Shown here piece after piece: positions 23,035-34,090 of a stretch of 64,000 nt of DNA. The notes beneath the pieces were generated by a model that worked only from the letters and a program-made list of their open reading frames with translations, did no database searches and was not told the origin of the DNA. Both the position numbers and the translations under genes were made by a program. The stretch lies in the NCBI GenBank assembly GCA_040768745.1, contig JAXGMI010000002.1, positions 768,001 to 832,000 of the forward strand, given 5' to 3'. How positions within the stretch are numbered: position 1 is the stretch's first letter; the number at the start of each line of letters is the position of its first letter. The DNA is from Desulfomicrobium sp. Lineage in GTDB: Bacteria > Desulfobacterota > Desulfovibrionia > Desulfovibrionales > Desulfomicrobiaceae.

Positions 23035-25143
23035 TTACCCGGTTGCGGCCCGGACCTGCTCCATGTCCGTCAGACCCAGCAGCACTTTGAGCATCCCGTC
23101 CTGCTTCAAAGTCAGCATCCCCTCGGTAACAGCCTGGGCCCGGATGTCCTCCGTCGGTTTGCGGTGCTTGATCTGGATTTTGATGCCTGAAGAGTTGACC
23201 ATCAGCTCGTGCACGCCAAGACGGCCCCTGTAGCCGTTGACACATTGGGAGCAACCGACCTTGCGGTACAGGGTAGGTTTGGCCTGCAGGAACTCCCGGG
23301 CATGCTCTTCCCAGCCCAGCCCGAACTCCATGCCCATTTCCATCACTTCCTGCGCCGACGGGGTGTAGGCTTCCTTACAGTTGGTGCACAACGTCTTGAC
23401 CAGGCGCTGGGCCAGGACGCAGAGGAGAGAATCTGCGAAATTGAATGGGTCAAGATCCATGTCCAGCAGGCGGGTCACGGTTTCCGGGGCAGAGTTGGTG
23501 TGCAGGGTGGAGAGGACCAGATGGCCGGTGAGGGAAGCCTCCACGCCGATATGGGCCGTTTCCTTGTCCCGCATTTCGCCGATCATGATCACGTCCGGGT
23601 CCGCACGCAGAAACGATCGCATGGCCGATGCGAACGTCAGCCCGATCTTGGGCTGCATCTGCACCTGACGCAGCCCTTCCTGAGTGATTTCCACCGGATC
23701 TTCGGCAGTCCAGATCTTGCGCTCCGGCGTGTTGATGTAGCTCAAGGCAGAATGCAAGGTCGTGGTTTTGCCCGATCCGGTCGGCCCGACGACCAGAATC
23801 AGTCCATAAGGTTTGTAGATCATCCGCTCGAAAGTTGTTTTGTTCCGGGCCGAGAGCCCCAGCTTGTCCAGGGGAAGGGGCTTGCCCGAGGCCAGCACGC
23901 GCAGGACCACATCCTCCATCCCCTCCAGCGTGGGGATGGTCGCCATGCGGTATTCCACCAGCTTGTTGCGCTCGGGCAGCTTGATTTTGATCTTGCCATC
24001 CTGGGGCAGGCGGCGTTCGGCAATGTCGAGGTTGGCCATGATCTTCAAACGCGAGACAATGGGCCTGGCCAAAGCCAGACGGACCTTGCGGAACTCGTAG
24101 CAGGTCCCGTCCACGCGGAAACGGAACATGCAGTGCCGGGCATGGGGGTTGGGCTCGATATGAATGTCAGACACGTTCTTTCTCCAGGCTTCGACAAGGA
24201 GGGCGTTGACCATGCGCACCACCTCGCTGTCCTGTTCGCTGAGCTCCGCTTCGCTTATATCCAGCGCCCCGGAAGTATCTGAAGCTTCGACATCCTCGTC
24301 AAAAGCAGCGGCCAGGTCGTCCCCGCCTCCGATTTGTTTGTAGAAATGCTCAATGAACTGCTCGATGTCGGCGGCCAGGGCCACCTTGGCCTCGATGTGC
24401 GATGTGCCGTAGATGAACTTGATTTCATCGAGCCGGCCGAGATCGAAGGGGTTGGTCATCAGTACCGTGATGACCTGACCCTCCTGGGAAAAAGGTATCC
24501 AGCCATAACGCTTGAGAAAATCGGGATCCAGCCGACGTTTTTCAAACAGCTCGAAAGGCGGCTCTTTGCTCGGAGAAAAAGGGACGAATTCCGTGTTGTA
24601 GAATCTGGCGAGGCTTTCCCCCAGATCGGTTTTGGATATCTTGTAGTCGGTCAGCAGGACGAGATCGGGATCCTTGGCGTCCTGGGCCAAAACCCGGGCC
24701 ATTTGCTCAGCAGTGACAAGCCCTGTCTCCAGAAGATAGGAATAGCGGCTGCTGCCCGAGGGAGAACGCCTGGGATTGAGGGCTTTGATGCGCTGTTCGA
24801 TGCCTGGAAAATCAGGATCAAGAATTTTGACCTGCTGGAAAATTTTCCTGGCTTCGTCGTGATTGTCCTGGTGCTGAAAGATGAGGCCGGCCCGGAAATA
24901 GAGCTTGGCAGCGACTTTGGGGGGGTATTCATTTTCGCCAAGGACCTTGAGGGTGACCTCCGCCTGTTCCTGGGCCTTGCCGAGCTTATTGAGGCTGTCG
25001 AGCATGAGCCTGATCAGATCATAGCTGCGTACACCGTGGGTGTACCCATGCTGACAGACATTGAGGACACCGGCATAGTCATCTTTGGCGAACAGTGTCC
25101 ACGCCCTGGACAGGAGCTGTTCCTCGTTGAGCGGTTTATCCAT
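23035..25143 (-). CDS. GspE/PilB-family ATPase with N-terminal TPR-like domain
   Basis: Helical TPR-like N-terminus (LYFRAGLIF...ILDPDF), VSDIHIEP, RRLPQDG, GPTGSGKTT, EDPVE, GEMRD, TGHLVLSTLH, CTNC/CSQC. Confidence 0.93.
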   Translation of the reverse strand: MDKPLNEEQLLSRAWTLFAKDDYAGVLNVCQHGYTHGVRSYDLIRLMLDSLNKLGKAQEQAEVTLKVLGENEYPPKVAAKLYFRAGLIFQHQDNHDEARKIFQQVKILDPDFPGIEQRIKALNPRRSPSGSSRYSYLLETGLVTAEQMARVLAQDAKDPDLVLLTDYKISKTDLGESLARFYNTEFVPFSPSKEPPFELFEKRRLDPDFLKRYGWIPFSQEGQVITVLMTNPFDLGRLDEIKFIYGTSHIEAKVALAADIEQFIEHFYKQIGGGDDLAAAFDEDVEASDTSGALDISEAELSEQDSEVVRMVNALLVEAWRKNVSDIHIEPNPHARHCMFRFRVDGTCYEFRKVRLALARPIVSRLKIMANLDIAERRLPQDGKIKIKLPERNKLVEYRMATIPTLEGMEDVVLRVLASGKPLPLDKLGLSARNKTTFERMIYKPYGLILVVGPTGSGKTTTLHSALSYINTPERKIWTAEDPVEITQEGLRQVQMQPKIGLTFASAMRSFLRADPDVIMIGEMRDKETAHIGVEASLTGHLVLSTLHTNSAPETVTRLLDMDLDPFNFADSLLCVLAQRLVKTLCTNCKEAYTPSAQEVMEMGMEFGLGWEEHAREFLQAKPTLYRKVGCSQCVNGYRGRLGVHELMVNSSGIKIQIKHRKPTEDIRAQAVTEGMLTLKQDGMLKVLLGLTDMEQVRAATG

Positions 25144-25442
25144 CGGTCATGCCCGGGGTTGAAAACTCGGCCAGGACTGCCGGCAGCCGGACTACCCGTC
25201 CGCCGGAGCCCTTCAATATTTTCAAATCAAAGCAATCGATCTTCGCATCATCAGACATCCCCAGGGGTGCTGCCTGTCAGAGACAGCGGACCACCTGCGT
25301 GGGTCCGTGCAGATGATGCATGGAAACAACGTTTCCTGAGGAAAACCGCAGTCAGCCCTTCGCCCACCACTGCGGCGATCTTGTCCCGCGACAGACTTTC
25401 TGCGGTCCGCCTCCGTGCGCACGGCAAGAAGGTGGTCCCGCG

Positions 25443-26432
25443 CTATTTCTTCAACCAGGCCATCATGTTGCGCAAGCTGTCCCCGACCTTCTCGACCTGA
25501 TGCGCGTGACTTTGGCGTCTCTTGGCCAGAAAGGACGGCAAGCCTGCCTTGTTTTCCAGTATCCAATTCCGGGCAAAGGTACCGTCCTGGATTTCCTCCA
25601 GCACCTTCTGCATGGCCTTGCGGGATTCCTCGTTCACGACCCGCGGACCGGTCACGTAGTCGCCATACTCGGCGGTATCGCTGATGGAGTGGTGCATTTT
25701 CTTGAACCCGCCCTCGTAGAGCAGGTCGACGATGAGTTTCAGCTCGTGCATGCACTCGAAAAAGGCGATTTCCGGCTGGTATCCGGCTCTGACCAGGGTT
25801 TCGAATCCGGCCCGGATCAATTCGCTCACACCCCCACACAGCACCGCCTGCTCCCCGAAGAGGTCTGTTTCTGTCTCCTCGGCAAACGTCGTTTCCAGTA
25901 CCCCGGAGCGGGTTCCTCCGATGCCGGCGGCGTAAGCCAACGCCTTGGGCAGGGCCTGCCCCGTTGCGTCCTGATGCACGGCCACCAGACAGGGCACGCC
26001 CCCGCCCTTCTCGAATTCGCGGCGCACCAGATGGCCCGGGCCCTTGGGTGCGATCATCACCACGTCCACATCCTTGGGAGGGACGATCTGGTTGAAATGG
26101 ATGTTGAAACCATGGCCAAAAACCAGGGTCTTTCCGGCTGCCAGATTGGGCAGGATCTCTTCCTGGTAGACCTTGGGCTGGTACTGGTCCTGCACAAGGA
26201 TCTGGATCAGATCGGCCCTTCTGGCAGCTTCGGCCGCACTGACCGGCTCGAACCCATGCTCCTTGGCCAGCTGAAAGTTCGGTCCGCCCGGACGCTGGCC
26301 AATGATGACCTGCACGCCGGAATCCCGCAGGTTCTGGGCATGGGCATGTCCCTGGCTGCCATACCCGATGATGGCCACGATCTTGTTCCCAAGTATATTG
26401 AGATCGGCATCCTTGTCGTAATAAATCTTCAT
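25443..26432 (-). CDS. ilvC: ketol-acid reductoisomerase
   Basis: [33 protein letters not shown]. Confidence 0.97.
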   Translation of the reverse strand: MKIYYDKDADLNILGNKIVAIIGYGSQGHAHAQNLRDSGVQVIIGQRPGGPNFQLAKEHGFEPVSAAEAARRADLIQILVQDQYQPKVYQEEILPNLAAGKTLVFGHGFNIHFNQIVPPKDVDVVMIAPKGPGHLVRREFEKGGGVPCLVAVHQDATGQALPKALAYAAGIGGTRSGVLETTFAEETETDLFGEQAVLCGGVSELIRAGFETLVRAGYQPEIAFFECMHELKLIVDLLYEGGFKKMHHSISDTAEYGDYVTGPRVVNEESRKAMQKVLEEIQDGTFARNWILENKAGLPSFLAKRRQSHAHQVEKVGDSLRNMMAWLKK

Positions 26433-26495
26433 TTCACACTCCTTTTTTATGTATATGGCCCGGTTGGATCAGGCCTTTTCCCCTCGCCGGAGGGA

Positions 26496-26984
26496 TCAAT
26501 CGGCAAGCTGCATGCTGCGCCGCATGGCCAAGGTCCCGGCGCGGACGAACTCCTTCACCCCGAACCGTTGCAGGAGGGCGACCACGGCCTTGATCTTGCC
26601 TTGATCCCCGGTCAGCTCCAGCGTCAGCTCATCAGGACTGACGTCCACCACCTTGCACCTGAAAATATCCGCGATGCGGAGCACTTCTGCACGCTTGGAG
26701 TCTTCGGCTCCGATCTTCATCAGCACGACTTCCCGCTCCACGGCCTGCAGATGGGTCAAATCAACAACCTTGATGACCGTGATGAGCTTGTGCAGCTGCT
26801 TGATGATCTGCTCGATGATCTGCTCGTCGCCGATGGTCGTGATGGTGATGTGGGACACCCCGGATTCCAGGGTCGGACCGACGTTCAGGGACTCGATGTT
26901 GAACCCCCGCCCGCTGAACAGGCCAACAACGCGGGACAGGACCCCGGGCTCGTTCTCGACCAGAATGGATAGCACGTGTCTCAT
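26496..26984 (-). CDS. ilvN: acetolactate synthase small subunit
   Basis: ACT domain ENEPGVLSRVVGLFSGRGFNIESL. Confidence 0.96.
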   Translation of the reverse strand: MRHVLSILVENEPGVLSRVVGLFSGRGFNIESLNVGPTLESGVSHITITTIGDEQIIEQIIKQLHKLITVIKVVDLTHLQAVEREVVLMKIGAEDSKRAEVLRIADIFRCKVVDVSPDELTLELTGDQGKIKAVVALLQRFGVKEFVRAGTLAMRRSMQLAD

Positions 26985-26993
26985 GGCCGTCTC

Positions 26994-28682
26994 CTACACC
27001 AAAAGCATTTCCGTCAGGGCCGCGCCGGCGGGAACCATGGGCGCGACGTTTTCCTCTGGTTCCACACGCACATCGACGATGACCGGTCCCGGATAAGCAA
27101 ACGCGGCCGCCAGGGTCGGCTCCAGGTCCTCGGCTTTTTCGACGAGGAATCCCTCGGCCCCGTAGGCTTTGGCCAGGGCCACGAAATCGGGGTTGCTGTG
27201 CAGGCAGGTGGCGCAATAATTCTTCTTGTAGAAAAGTTCCTGCCACTGCCGGACCATGCCCAAATAGCCGTTGTTCAGGATGATGATCTTGACCGGAACC
27301 TGATAGCTCACTGCGGTGGCCAGTTCCTGGATGTTCATTTGGATGGAGCCGTCCCCGGCGATATCGATGACCAGCTTGTCCGGGAAGGCGAACTGGGCTC
27401 CGATGGCTGCCGGAAACCCGTATCCCATGGTGCCCAGGCCTCCCGAGGTGAGCAGGGTGCGGGGCTTGCGGTAGATATAGTACTGGGCCGCCCACATCTG
27501 ATTCTGACCAACCTCGGTGGAGATGATGGCCTCGCCCTTGGATAATTCGTAGATTTTTTCCACGACCCACTGTGGTTTGATCTGCCCGGCGTTTTTGGCA
27601 TAGTTCAGGGGATATGCGGCGCGCATCTCGGCCAGAGAGGCGTTCCAGGGCGCATGTTTGGCCGCCCAATCCACGGCCGGAATCTTGGCCAGCTCCTCCG
27701 CCAGCCCGGCAAGGCCCTGCTTGCAGTCCGAAACGATGGGCACGTCCACAACCACGTTCTTGCTGATGGACGTGGGATCGATGTCCATGTGGATGATCTT
27801 TGCTCCGGCAGCAAAGGCGCTGACCCGACCGGTGACACGGTCGTCGAAACGGGCCCCGACGGAAATGAGCAGGTCGCAGTTGTTGATGGCCATGTTGGCC
27901 GTATAGGTTCCATGCATGCCGAGCATCCCCAGCCAATGGGCGTGATCCCCGGGAAATGCTCCCAGGCCCATCAGCGTGGTGGTCACCGGCAGAGAAAACT
28001 TCTCTGCCAGCATGGTCAGCTCCTCGGAGCTGTTGGAGGAAACCACTCCTCCGCCTGCATATATCACGGGTCGCTGGCACTGCGCGATGAGTTCCGCTGC
28101 CTTGCGCAACTGCTTGCGGTTGGGACTGTAGTTGGGATTGTAGCTGCGGATGCTGATGGTCTCGGGATAGGAAAACTCTGCCCGGGCGTTGACCACATCC
28201 TTGGGCAGATCGATGAGGACGGGCCCGGGACGGCCCGTCCTGGCGATGTAAAAGGCCTGCTTGATGGTCTCGGCCAGATCCGCGACATTTTTGACCAGAT
28301 AATTGTGCTTGGTACAGGGTCTGGTGATCCCCACGATGTCTGCTTCCTGAAACGCATCGTTGCCGATCAGGTGCGTGGGCACCTGGCCTGTGATGATCAC
28401 CAGGGGGATGGAGTCCATGTATGCCGTAGCGATTCCGGTCACCGTGTTGGTCGCGCCGGGGCCCGAAGTGACCAGGCATACGCCAACCTTGCCCGAGGCC
28501 CTGGCATACCCGTCGGCCGCATGGACCGCCGCCTGCTCGTGACGGACCAGGATATGTCGAATCGGGTGCTTGGGGAGTTCATCGTAGATATCGATGACCG
28601 CCCCTCCGGGAAAACCGAAGATGAGATCCACCCCTTCCCGCTTCAGACACTCCATCAAAATCTGGGCACCAGTGAACTCCAT
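26994..28682 (-). CDS. ilvB: acetolactate synthase large subunit
   Basis: [37 protein letters not shown] motif. Confidence 0.97.
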   Translation of the reverse strand: MEFTGAQILMECLKREGVDLIFGFPGGAVIDIYDELPKHPIRHILVRHEQAAVHAADGYARASGKVGVCLVTSGPGATNTVTGIATAYMDSIPLVIITGQVPTHLIGNDAFQEADIVGITRPCTKHNYLVKNVADLAETIKQAFYIARTGRPGPVLIDLPKDVVNARAEFSYPETISIRSYNPNYSPNRKQLRKAAELIAQCQRPVIYAGGGVVSSNSSEELTMLAEKFSLPVTTTLMGLGAFPGDHAHWLGMLGMHGTYTANMAINNCDLLISVGARFDDRVTGRVSAFAAGAKIIHMDIDPTSISKNVVVDVPIVSDCKQGLAGLAEELAKIPAVDWAAKHAPWNASLAEMRAAYPLNYAKNAGQIKPQWVVEKIYELSKGEAIISTEVGQNQMWAAQYYIYRKPRTLLTSGGLGTMGYGFPAAIGAQFAFPDKLVIDIAGDGSIQMNIQELATAVSYQVPVKIIILNNGYLGMVRQWQELFYKKNYCATCLHSNPDFVALAKAYGAEGFLVEKAEDLEPTLAAAFAYPGPVIVDVRVEPEENVAPMVPAGAALTEMLLV

Positions 28683-28688
28683 GATCTC

Positions 28689-28919
28689 CTACCCCTCCTG
28701 ACGTCTATATTTCGCAAGCAGAGCCTGGATCCGGGTCTTCCCGGCCAGCTTCTTTTTCTTGTACTCCTTCACTTCCATCTCTTCCGCCGGGGAAAGCACT
28801 GCCTTGCCGGAGTAGCGTTCCAGTATTTTTTCAAAGCCCACATGTTCCTCCCACAGAGCCTTGAGTTCCTCGTCGTGGGGCAGCTGCGCCGCAATCAATT
28901 CGAGGTCTTTCTGTTCCAT
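28689..28919 (-). CDS. DUF465-like small protein
   Basis: MEQKDLELI...LWEEHVGFE...KKKKLAGK; GGAG RBS. Confidence 0.7.
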   Translation of the reverse strand: MEQKDLELIAAQLPHDEELKALWEEHVGFEKILERYSGKAVLSPAEEMEVKEYKKKKLAGKTRIQALLAKYRRQEG

Positions 28920-28942
28920 AGGATGTCTCCTTAACGTTATGG

Positions 28943-29254
28943 TTATATCTCTGCCCGATCCGAAAAGCGGCTCCAGTCGGGCTCTTCCTCTGTTTTCAGG
29001 AGCAGGCTCTTCCGCCTGGATCCGTGACCTGCCTCGATCTCCACCTGACCCGGACGCAGGTCCAAAACCTCGGCCACAAATCGGACCAGGGCGGCATTGG
29101 CTTTGTTGTCCACAGCCGGAGCCTGCACCCGAATTTTCACACAGTCGCCGTGCACTCCCGCGAATTCGCTTCTCCTGGCCCCGGGCTGAACCCAGGTGGC
29201 AATCCTCCACCCGGTCTTTGCCCTGCCGACCCAGGGTGGACGATGTGCGCCCAT
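28943..29254 (-). CDS. DUF167/YggU family protein
   Basis: VQPGARR, APAVDNKAN, GHGSRRK; next to yggT. Confidence 0.85.
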   Translation of the reverse strand: MGAHRPPWVGRAKTGWRIATWVQPGARRSEFAGVHGDCVKIRVQAPAVDNKANAALVRFVAEVLDLRPGQVEIEAGHGSRRKSLLLKTEEEPDWSRFSDRAEI

Positions 29255-29255
29255 G

Positions 29256-29549
29256 CTAGAACATCATCTGCTGCATCAACCGTGACAAAAAGACCTGCAC
29301 AAACTTGATCCCCAGGACAACCAGAAAAGGTGAAAAGTCGATGCCGCTGACGTACGTGAACGGCAGCAGCTTGCGGATGCGATAAAAGACCGGCTCAGTC
29401 AGGGATCGTATGCCACGCACGATGGGGTTGTAGGGATCGGGGTTGACCCAGGACATGACTACAGCGGCGATGACTATCCAGAAATAGAGAGCCAAAAGAC
29501 TGTCGACGACATAGTAAAGGGCCGAAAAAAGGCTAGAAAACACAGGCAT
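29256..29549 (-). CDS. yggT: YggT family membrane protein
   Basis: SWVNPDPYNPIVR...TEPV...IDFSP. Confidence 0.9.
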   Translation of the reverse strand: MPVFSSLFSALYYVVDSLLALYFWIVIAAVVMSWVNPDPYNPIVRGIRSLTEPVFYRIRKLLPFTYVSGIDFSPFLVVLGIKFVQVFLSRLMQQMMF

Positions 29550-29580
29550 GAACACTCCTTTCCCCAAAAAAGCGCAAACG

Positions 29581-30258
29581 CTAATCGATTATTTCGCAAA
29601 AGCCCTTCATAAACCATTGCCGCAGTTCATGGAAACTGTCCACATACAGTTCGGCCAGCAATTCCGGGTTGCGGTAGGCCCAGAAGGGCACCCCGGCCCG
29701 GCCAGTTGTCTCCTGGTCAACCTGCGAGTCACCGATGTATGCCAAAGTCTGCACATCCAGGCCCCAGGTTTCAACAATGGATCTGAGTCCTTCCGGATCG
29801 GGCTTGGGACGGGAAACCTTGGCCGCGGTCATGACCGGATCGAAGAACCGGGTCAGCCCAAAGCGTTCCAGAACCAGTTCCATGGAGTTCTTCCGGTTGG
29901 TGTTGACGGCCATGCGCACCTCCAGCCGATCCAACTCTGCCAGGAGTTCGAACAGGCCTGGCTCGGGGATCATGCGGTCGATGAAGTCACTGTAGGTCAT
30001 GTGGTGCTGCACGTCCCTGGCCCTTGGCATCAGGTCGTGCGGGATGATCCGGAGCAGGGCCGCGTCCACGGTATGCATGAACGCATAGTCCTCCTCTTCC
30101 TGGGTCATGGCCGGCAGGCCGAGTTCTGTGCGGATATGGTTGTAATAGTAACGATTCACGTCCCTGGAATCGAACAATACTCCATCGCAATCAAAGACCA
30201 CTCCGCGAATCCGGCCCAGATCAAAACGGCGGGGCGAAACCGCATCCACGGATCTCAC
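29581..30258 (-). CDS. HAD-family phosphatase
   Basis: [25 protein letters not shown]. Confidence 0.9.
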   Translation of the reverse strand: MRSVDAVSPRRFDLGRIRGVVFDCDGVLFDSRDVNRYYYNHIRTELGLPAMTQEEEDYAFMHTVDAALLRIIPHDLMPRARDVQHHMTYSDFIDRMIPEPGLFELLAELDRLEVRMAVNTNRKNSMELVLERFGLTRFFDPVMTAAKVSRPKPDPEGLRSIVETWGLDVQTLAYIGDSQVDQETTGRAGVPFWAYRNPELLAELYVDSFHELRQWFMKGFCEIID

Positions 30259-31910
30259 TCCTGCATTGCCTCGGGAAAATACTGGGACGCCAGATCTCGC
30301 AGCTTGAACTTCTGGATCTTGCCGCTGGCGGTCATGGGGTATTCGTCAAGAAATGCCACGTATTTCGGAATTTTGTACCTGGCAATCTGGCCGCGGCAGA
30401 AATCGCGGATGTCCTCGGGGGCGAAGTCGAATCCATCCTTGAGAATGACAAATGCGCCTACTTCCTCGCCGTATTTGCGGCTCGGCACGCCCACCACCTG
30501 TACATCCTTGATCCCTTCCATGCGGTAGAGGAATTCCTCGATCTCGCGCGGATAGACGTTCTCGCCACCGCGAATGATCATATCCTTCAGACGGCCGGTG
30601 ATGGTCACGTATCCATCCGCATCCATAGTCCCCAGGTCTCCGGAATGGAGCCACCCGTCGGGGTCGATGGCCTGGGCAGTGGCGTCGGGATTGTTGTAGT
30701 AGCCCTTCATGACGTTGTAGCCCCGGCAGCAGATCTCGCCCTGGCCGCCGCGAGGGACTTCTTCGCCTGATTCGGGATCCACAATGCGCACCTCCACCTC
30801 GGGCATGGCCCGGCCCACGGTCCGGGTCCGCTGTTCCACCGTATCGTTGACCCTGGTCTGGGTCATGCCCGGCGACGATTCGGTCAAGCCGTAGACGATG
30901 GTGATCTCCTGCATGTTCATGACCTCCATGACCTTTTCCATGACCGGCACCGGACAGGGCGACCCTGCCATGATGCCCGTGCGCAGGCTGGAAAAATCAT
31001 AGCGATGGAAGGATTTGTGCTCCAACACGGCGATGAACATGGTCGGCACGCCGTAAAGGGCGGTGCACTTCTCCTCTTCCACGGCGGTCATGACCAAAAG
31101 GGGGTTAAATCCTTCCAAAATGACCAATGTGGCGGCGTGGCTGACGGCTGCCATCACCCCCAGCACGCATCCGAAGCAGTGGAACAGGGGGACGGGGACG
31201 CACACTCTGTCCCGATGGGTGAATTTCTGATTCTCCCCGATCCAGAAGCCGTTGTTGCCGATATTGTAGTGGGTCAGCATGACGCCCTTGGGGAAGCCGG
31301 TCGTCCCGGAGGTGTACTGCATGTTGACCACGTCGTGCGCATCCAGAGAGGCCTGCCTGGCCCGGTATTCCTCTTCCGAAGTGACCCGGCTCAGAGCCAG
31401 CAGCTCGGGCATGGAGTACATGCCCCGGTGCTTTTCCTGGCCCAGAAAGAAAACCCGCTTCAGGTCAGGGAATTTGGCCGAGTGCAGGTAGCCGCGTTCC
31501 TGGGTCTTGAGCTCCGGCACCAGGTCATACACGGTCTGCACGTAGTCGGTCTCCCTGAAGGAGTCGATCAGGATCAGATTCTCGCACTCGGACTGCTTGA
31601 GCAGGTATTCGAGTTCGGCTCTTTTGTAGTAGGTATTGACCGTCAGCAGGACTGCCCCGATCTTGGCCGTGGCGAACTGAAACGCTACCCAATAGGGCAC
31701 GTTGGTGGCCCAGATGGCCACTTTCTCCCCTCTCTGCACGCCCATGGCCATGAGGCCCTTGGCCAGGTTGTCGACCAGTTCTCCGAACTGGCGATAGGTC
31801 AGCCGGAAATTCCGGTCCACGTACACCACAGCTTCGTTGTCCGGGTGCTGCAAGATGGCCTCATCAAGCATCTGCCCCAGGGTAATTGCGCGCAACGCAG
31901 GCTTGTCCAT
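30255..31910 (-). CDS. acyl-CoA synthetase (AMP-binding)
   Basis: [29 protein letters not shown]; start reset to MDKPAL. Confidence 0.93.
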   Translation of the reverse strand: MDKPALRAITLGQMLDEAILQHPDNEAVVYVDRNFRLTYRQFGELVDNLAKGLMAMGVQRGEKVAIWATNVPYWVAFQFATAKIGAVLLTVNTYYKRAELEYLLKQSECENLILIDSFRETDYVQTVYDLVPELKTQERGYLHSAKFPDLKRVFFLGQEKHRGMYSMPELLALSRVTSEEEYRARQASLDAHDVVNMQYTSGTTGFPKGVMLTHYNIGNNGFWIGENQKFTHRDRVCVPVPLFHCFGCVLGVMAAVSHAATLVILEGFNPLLVMTAVEEEKCTALYGVPTMFIAVLEHKSFHRYDFSSLRTGIMAGSPCPVPVMEKVMEVMNMQEITIVYGLTESSPGMTQTRVNDTVEQRTRTVGRAMPEVEVRIVDPESGEEVPRGGQGEICCRGYNVMKGYYNNPDATAQAIDPDGWLHSGDLGTMDADGYVTITGRLKDMIIRGGENVYPREIEEFLYRMEGIKDVQVVGVPSRKYGEEVGAFVILKDGFDFAPEDIRDFCRGQIARYKIPKYVAFLDEYPMTASGKIQKFKLRDLASQYFPEAMQE

Positions 31911-31935
31911 GACTCCCCCTGTAAATGGCCCCGGA

Positions 31936-32511
31936 CTATTCCGGGAAATAGAGCACCGCATAGATGGATGCAGGCTTGTTGCCACTTGCAGCCACATGAT
32001 GCGGGACAATGGAATTGAGATAAATGGAATCGCCCTTGGCCAACGCGATGGCCTCGCCACCGTAGATCACCTCAACCTCGCCTTCGTGGACGAGAATGAA
32101 TTCCTCGCCTTCGTGGCTGGACATTTTCCGTTCCCCGCAGGCAAGAGGGGTGAGTTCGATAAAGAAAGGCTCCATGTGACGGTCGGTCTTGCCCCTGCCC
32201 AGGGAATAGAACGTCATGTCCGCGGGGCAGTCCTTGCCGCTGTGCATGCTCAGGCCTTTTTTTCGCTCTCCCAGACGAACGACAAGGGGATCTTGCCCCA
32301 GTTCGTCATCCAGAAATGTGCCCATGCGCACGCCAAGCCCCCTGGCCACTTTGAGCAGCGGCCCCAGGGAGGGATACACCGAATCCTCCTCCAGGGATTT
32401 GAGGAAATTGTGGTTGAGGCCGGTCCGTTCTGCCAGCTGTTCCAGACTGATCTCGTTCATCTCCCGGAAGCGTTTAATCCGCACGCCAAGCTGCTCTTTG
32501 GTCATTGCCAT
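31936..32511 (-). CDS. XRE-family regulator with cupin domain
   Basis: N-terminal HTH, HEGEEF, GDSIY...PH. Confidence 0.9.
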   Translation of the reverse strand: MAMTKEQLGVRIKRFREMNEISLEQLAERTGLNHNFLKSLEEDSVYPSLGPLLKVARGLGVRMGTFLDDELGQDPLVVRLGERKKGLSMHSGKDCPADMTFYSLGRGKTDRHMEPFFIELTPLACGERKMSSHEGEEFILVHEGEVEVIYGGEAIALAKGDSIYLNSIVPHHVAASGNKPASIYAVLYFPE

Positions 32512-32521
32512 TCTCGCAAGG

Positions 32522-33283
32522 TTAAGGGTTCAGAGGGCGAGCCACAAGTTTCACTGGGCTCGGCAGTTCCAGTCGGCTGCCGCAGATGCGCTCTATCACG
32601 TCGGGGTCAAGGGTACAGCAGACCACGTCATGGCCATCATGCCCGCACGGCTCGAATTGTAAGTCCAGGGAAACGAGTTCCCGCATCACGTCCTCGTCAG
32701 ACACATAAAAATGGGTTCTTGCGGGAAGAAAAAACAGCATGGGAAGAAGGACACTTCTCCATGGCAAATCCAACCCGGCTCTGGGAAAAAGAACGTCATC
32801 GGGCACGCCCAGCTCGGCGAAGGATTCCTCCTCGTCCAGGCCCAGGGTCTGAGCAAAGCCCTCCCGGGCCTTGGCAAAGCGGACCTCTTCCCCGTGCATG
32901 GCCGCGAACTGATCCTCCCGGAAAAGTGCCATGGCCAGAAAAAGCTGGGCCTTCCTCAAACGATCCCCGGCTTCATCGCTCTCCCTTGCGGCGCCTCCCA
33001 CCAGCTGGGATTTGATGTCCATGGTCGTGTCCGTATAGAAATTCTCCAGCCCGGCAGTCATGTAGGCCTGAATGTCCGAGGTCCGCGGAAACCGCCCCGC
33101 GAATTCCAGATACTCACGCAAAAGGCGTCGGACTTCCTGATGCGTGTAGGGCAGATCCGGAGGCGTCCATCGACCCTGTTCAGGCAGGTCAACGCCCGGG
33201 TCAAGAAAAACCAAGCCTTGTGGCAAAGGGCCTTGGGCCAGCCTGGGATGCATCCAGGGAAAATGTACCAGCCTTCCACTCAT
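32522..33283 (-). CDS. hypothetical protein
   Basis: 253-aa ORF coupled to neighbours. Confidence 0.7.
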   Translation of the reverse strand: MSGRLVHFPWMHPRLAQGPLPQGLVFLDPGVDLPEQGRWTPPDLPYTHQEVRRLLREYLEFAGRFPRTSDIQAYMTAGLENFYTDTTMDIKSQLVGGAARESDEAGDRLRKAQLFLAMALFREDQFAAMHGEEVRFAKAREGFAQTLGLDEEESFAELGVPDDVLFPRAGLDLPWRSVLLPMLFFLPARTHFYVSDEDVMRELVSLDLQFEPCGHDGHDVVCCTLDPDVIERICGSRLELPSPVKLVARPLNP

Positions 33284-33684
33284 TCGTCTCTCTCCTCGCG
33301 ACCTTCATCTCGTTCAGGCGGCATTGCCGCATACCGCCGGCAACGACCCGGGCAGGGGGGCAGTCGCAGGTGGCACAGATCGCCCTCCAACCGCGCACAC
33401 CACATCCCGCCAAACTCGTCCCCAACCGGCATGAAATCCGGACAGTCCCACGTCTCCCCGAGATCCCGGACCAAACGTTGCAGCCAGATCCTTCCGGTGT
33501 TCTCAAGAGACAGATTTTGTTTTTCGCCGCGATCAATCAAGGCGTCAAGACTGTCTTCCAGTTTCCGCAGTACCAGGCACCGGAACCCCTGCTCCAGGCC
33601 TGGATTGAGGGCTTCGGGATAGAGGCAGAATCCGGCTGTCCAATAGCGGCAGCCTGTGCCGGGCAGAACGAGTATCCGACTCAT
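33280..33684 (-). CDS. cysteine-rich hypothetical protein
   Basis: 134 aa with 8 Cys; ATGA overlap with downstream ORF. Confidence 0.68.
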   Translation of the reverse strand: MSRILVLPGTGCRYWTAGFCLYPEALNPGLEQGFRCLVLRKLEDSLDALIDRGEKQNLSLENTGRIWLQRLVRDLGETWDCPDFMPVGDEFGGMWCARLEGDLCHLRLPPCPGRCRRYAAMPPERDEGREERDE

Positions 33685-33847
33685 GCCCGACCTTCAAGCA
33701 GCGTGGTGCACAGCGCCAAGTGCTGGGGCGTAAAACCGGGATACATTGCATCCTCCCGAAAACCAAGGATTTTCTCTTCCAGGGAGGAGTTGACCTGCCT
33801 GATGGGGTGTGTGTATATGAGGCCCAATCATTCCTGAGGAGGCGTAC

Positions 33848-34045
33848 ATGTTCGGTATTGGAATCCCTGAATTGCTCATCATCCTGGTCATCGTCCTGAT
33901 CATTTTCGGGGCCAACAAGTTACCTGAGATAGGTTCGGGCATGGGCCGGGCCATCAAGAATTTCAAGAAAGCCACCAGCGAACCCGAGGAAATCGACGTC
34001 ACCCCCAAGGCTGAAAAAAAGAAGGACGGGGACGAAAAAGAATAA
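33848..34045 (+). CDS. tatA: twin-arginine translocase subunit TatA
   Basis: [29 protein letters not shown]...FKK; GAGGAGG RBS. Confidence 0.93.
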   Translation: MFGIGIPELLIILVIVLIIFGANKLPEIGSGMGRAIKNFKKATSEPEEIDVTPKAEKKKDGDEKE

Positions 34046-34064
34046 AGTCAGTATGTTTTTGATG

Positions 34065-34090
34065 AAAATCCCGGTCCTTCCGGGATTTTT
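34065..34090. terminator. probable bidirectional intrinsic terminator
   Basis: AAAATCCCGG-TCCTT-CCGGGATTTT between convergent genes. Confidence 0.7.

Noticed and set aside
25181..25194. TAGTCCGGCTGCCG resembling a c-di-GMP-I riboswitch 3' end upstream of the TPR ATPase
   Set aside because: The 5' GCAAA/GAAA-tetraloop and GACGCAAAG elements are absent
25320..28934. Long alternative-frame ORFs over ilvBNC (550, 572 and 426 aa)
   Set aside because: High-GC shadow frames of well-conserved genes
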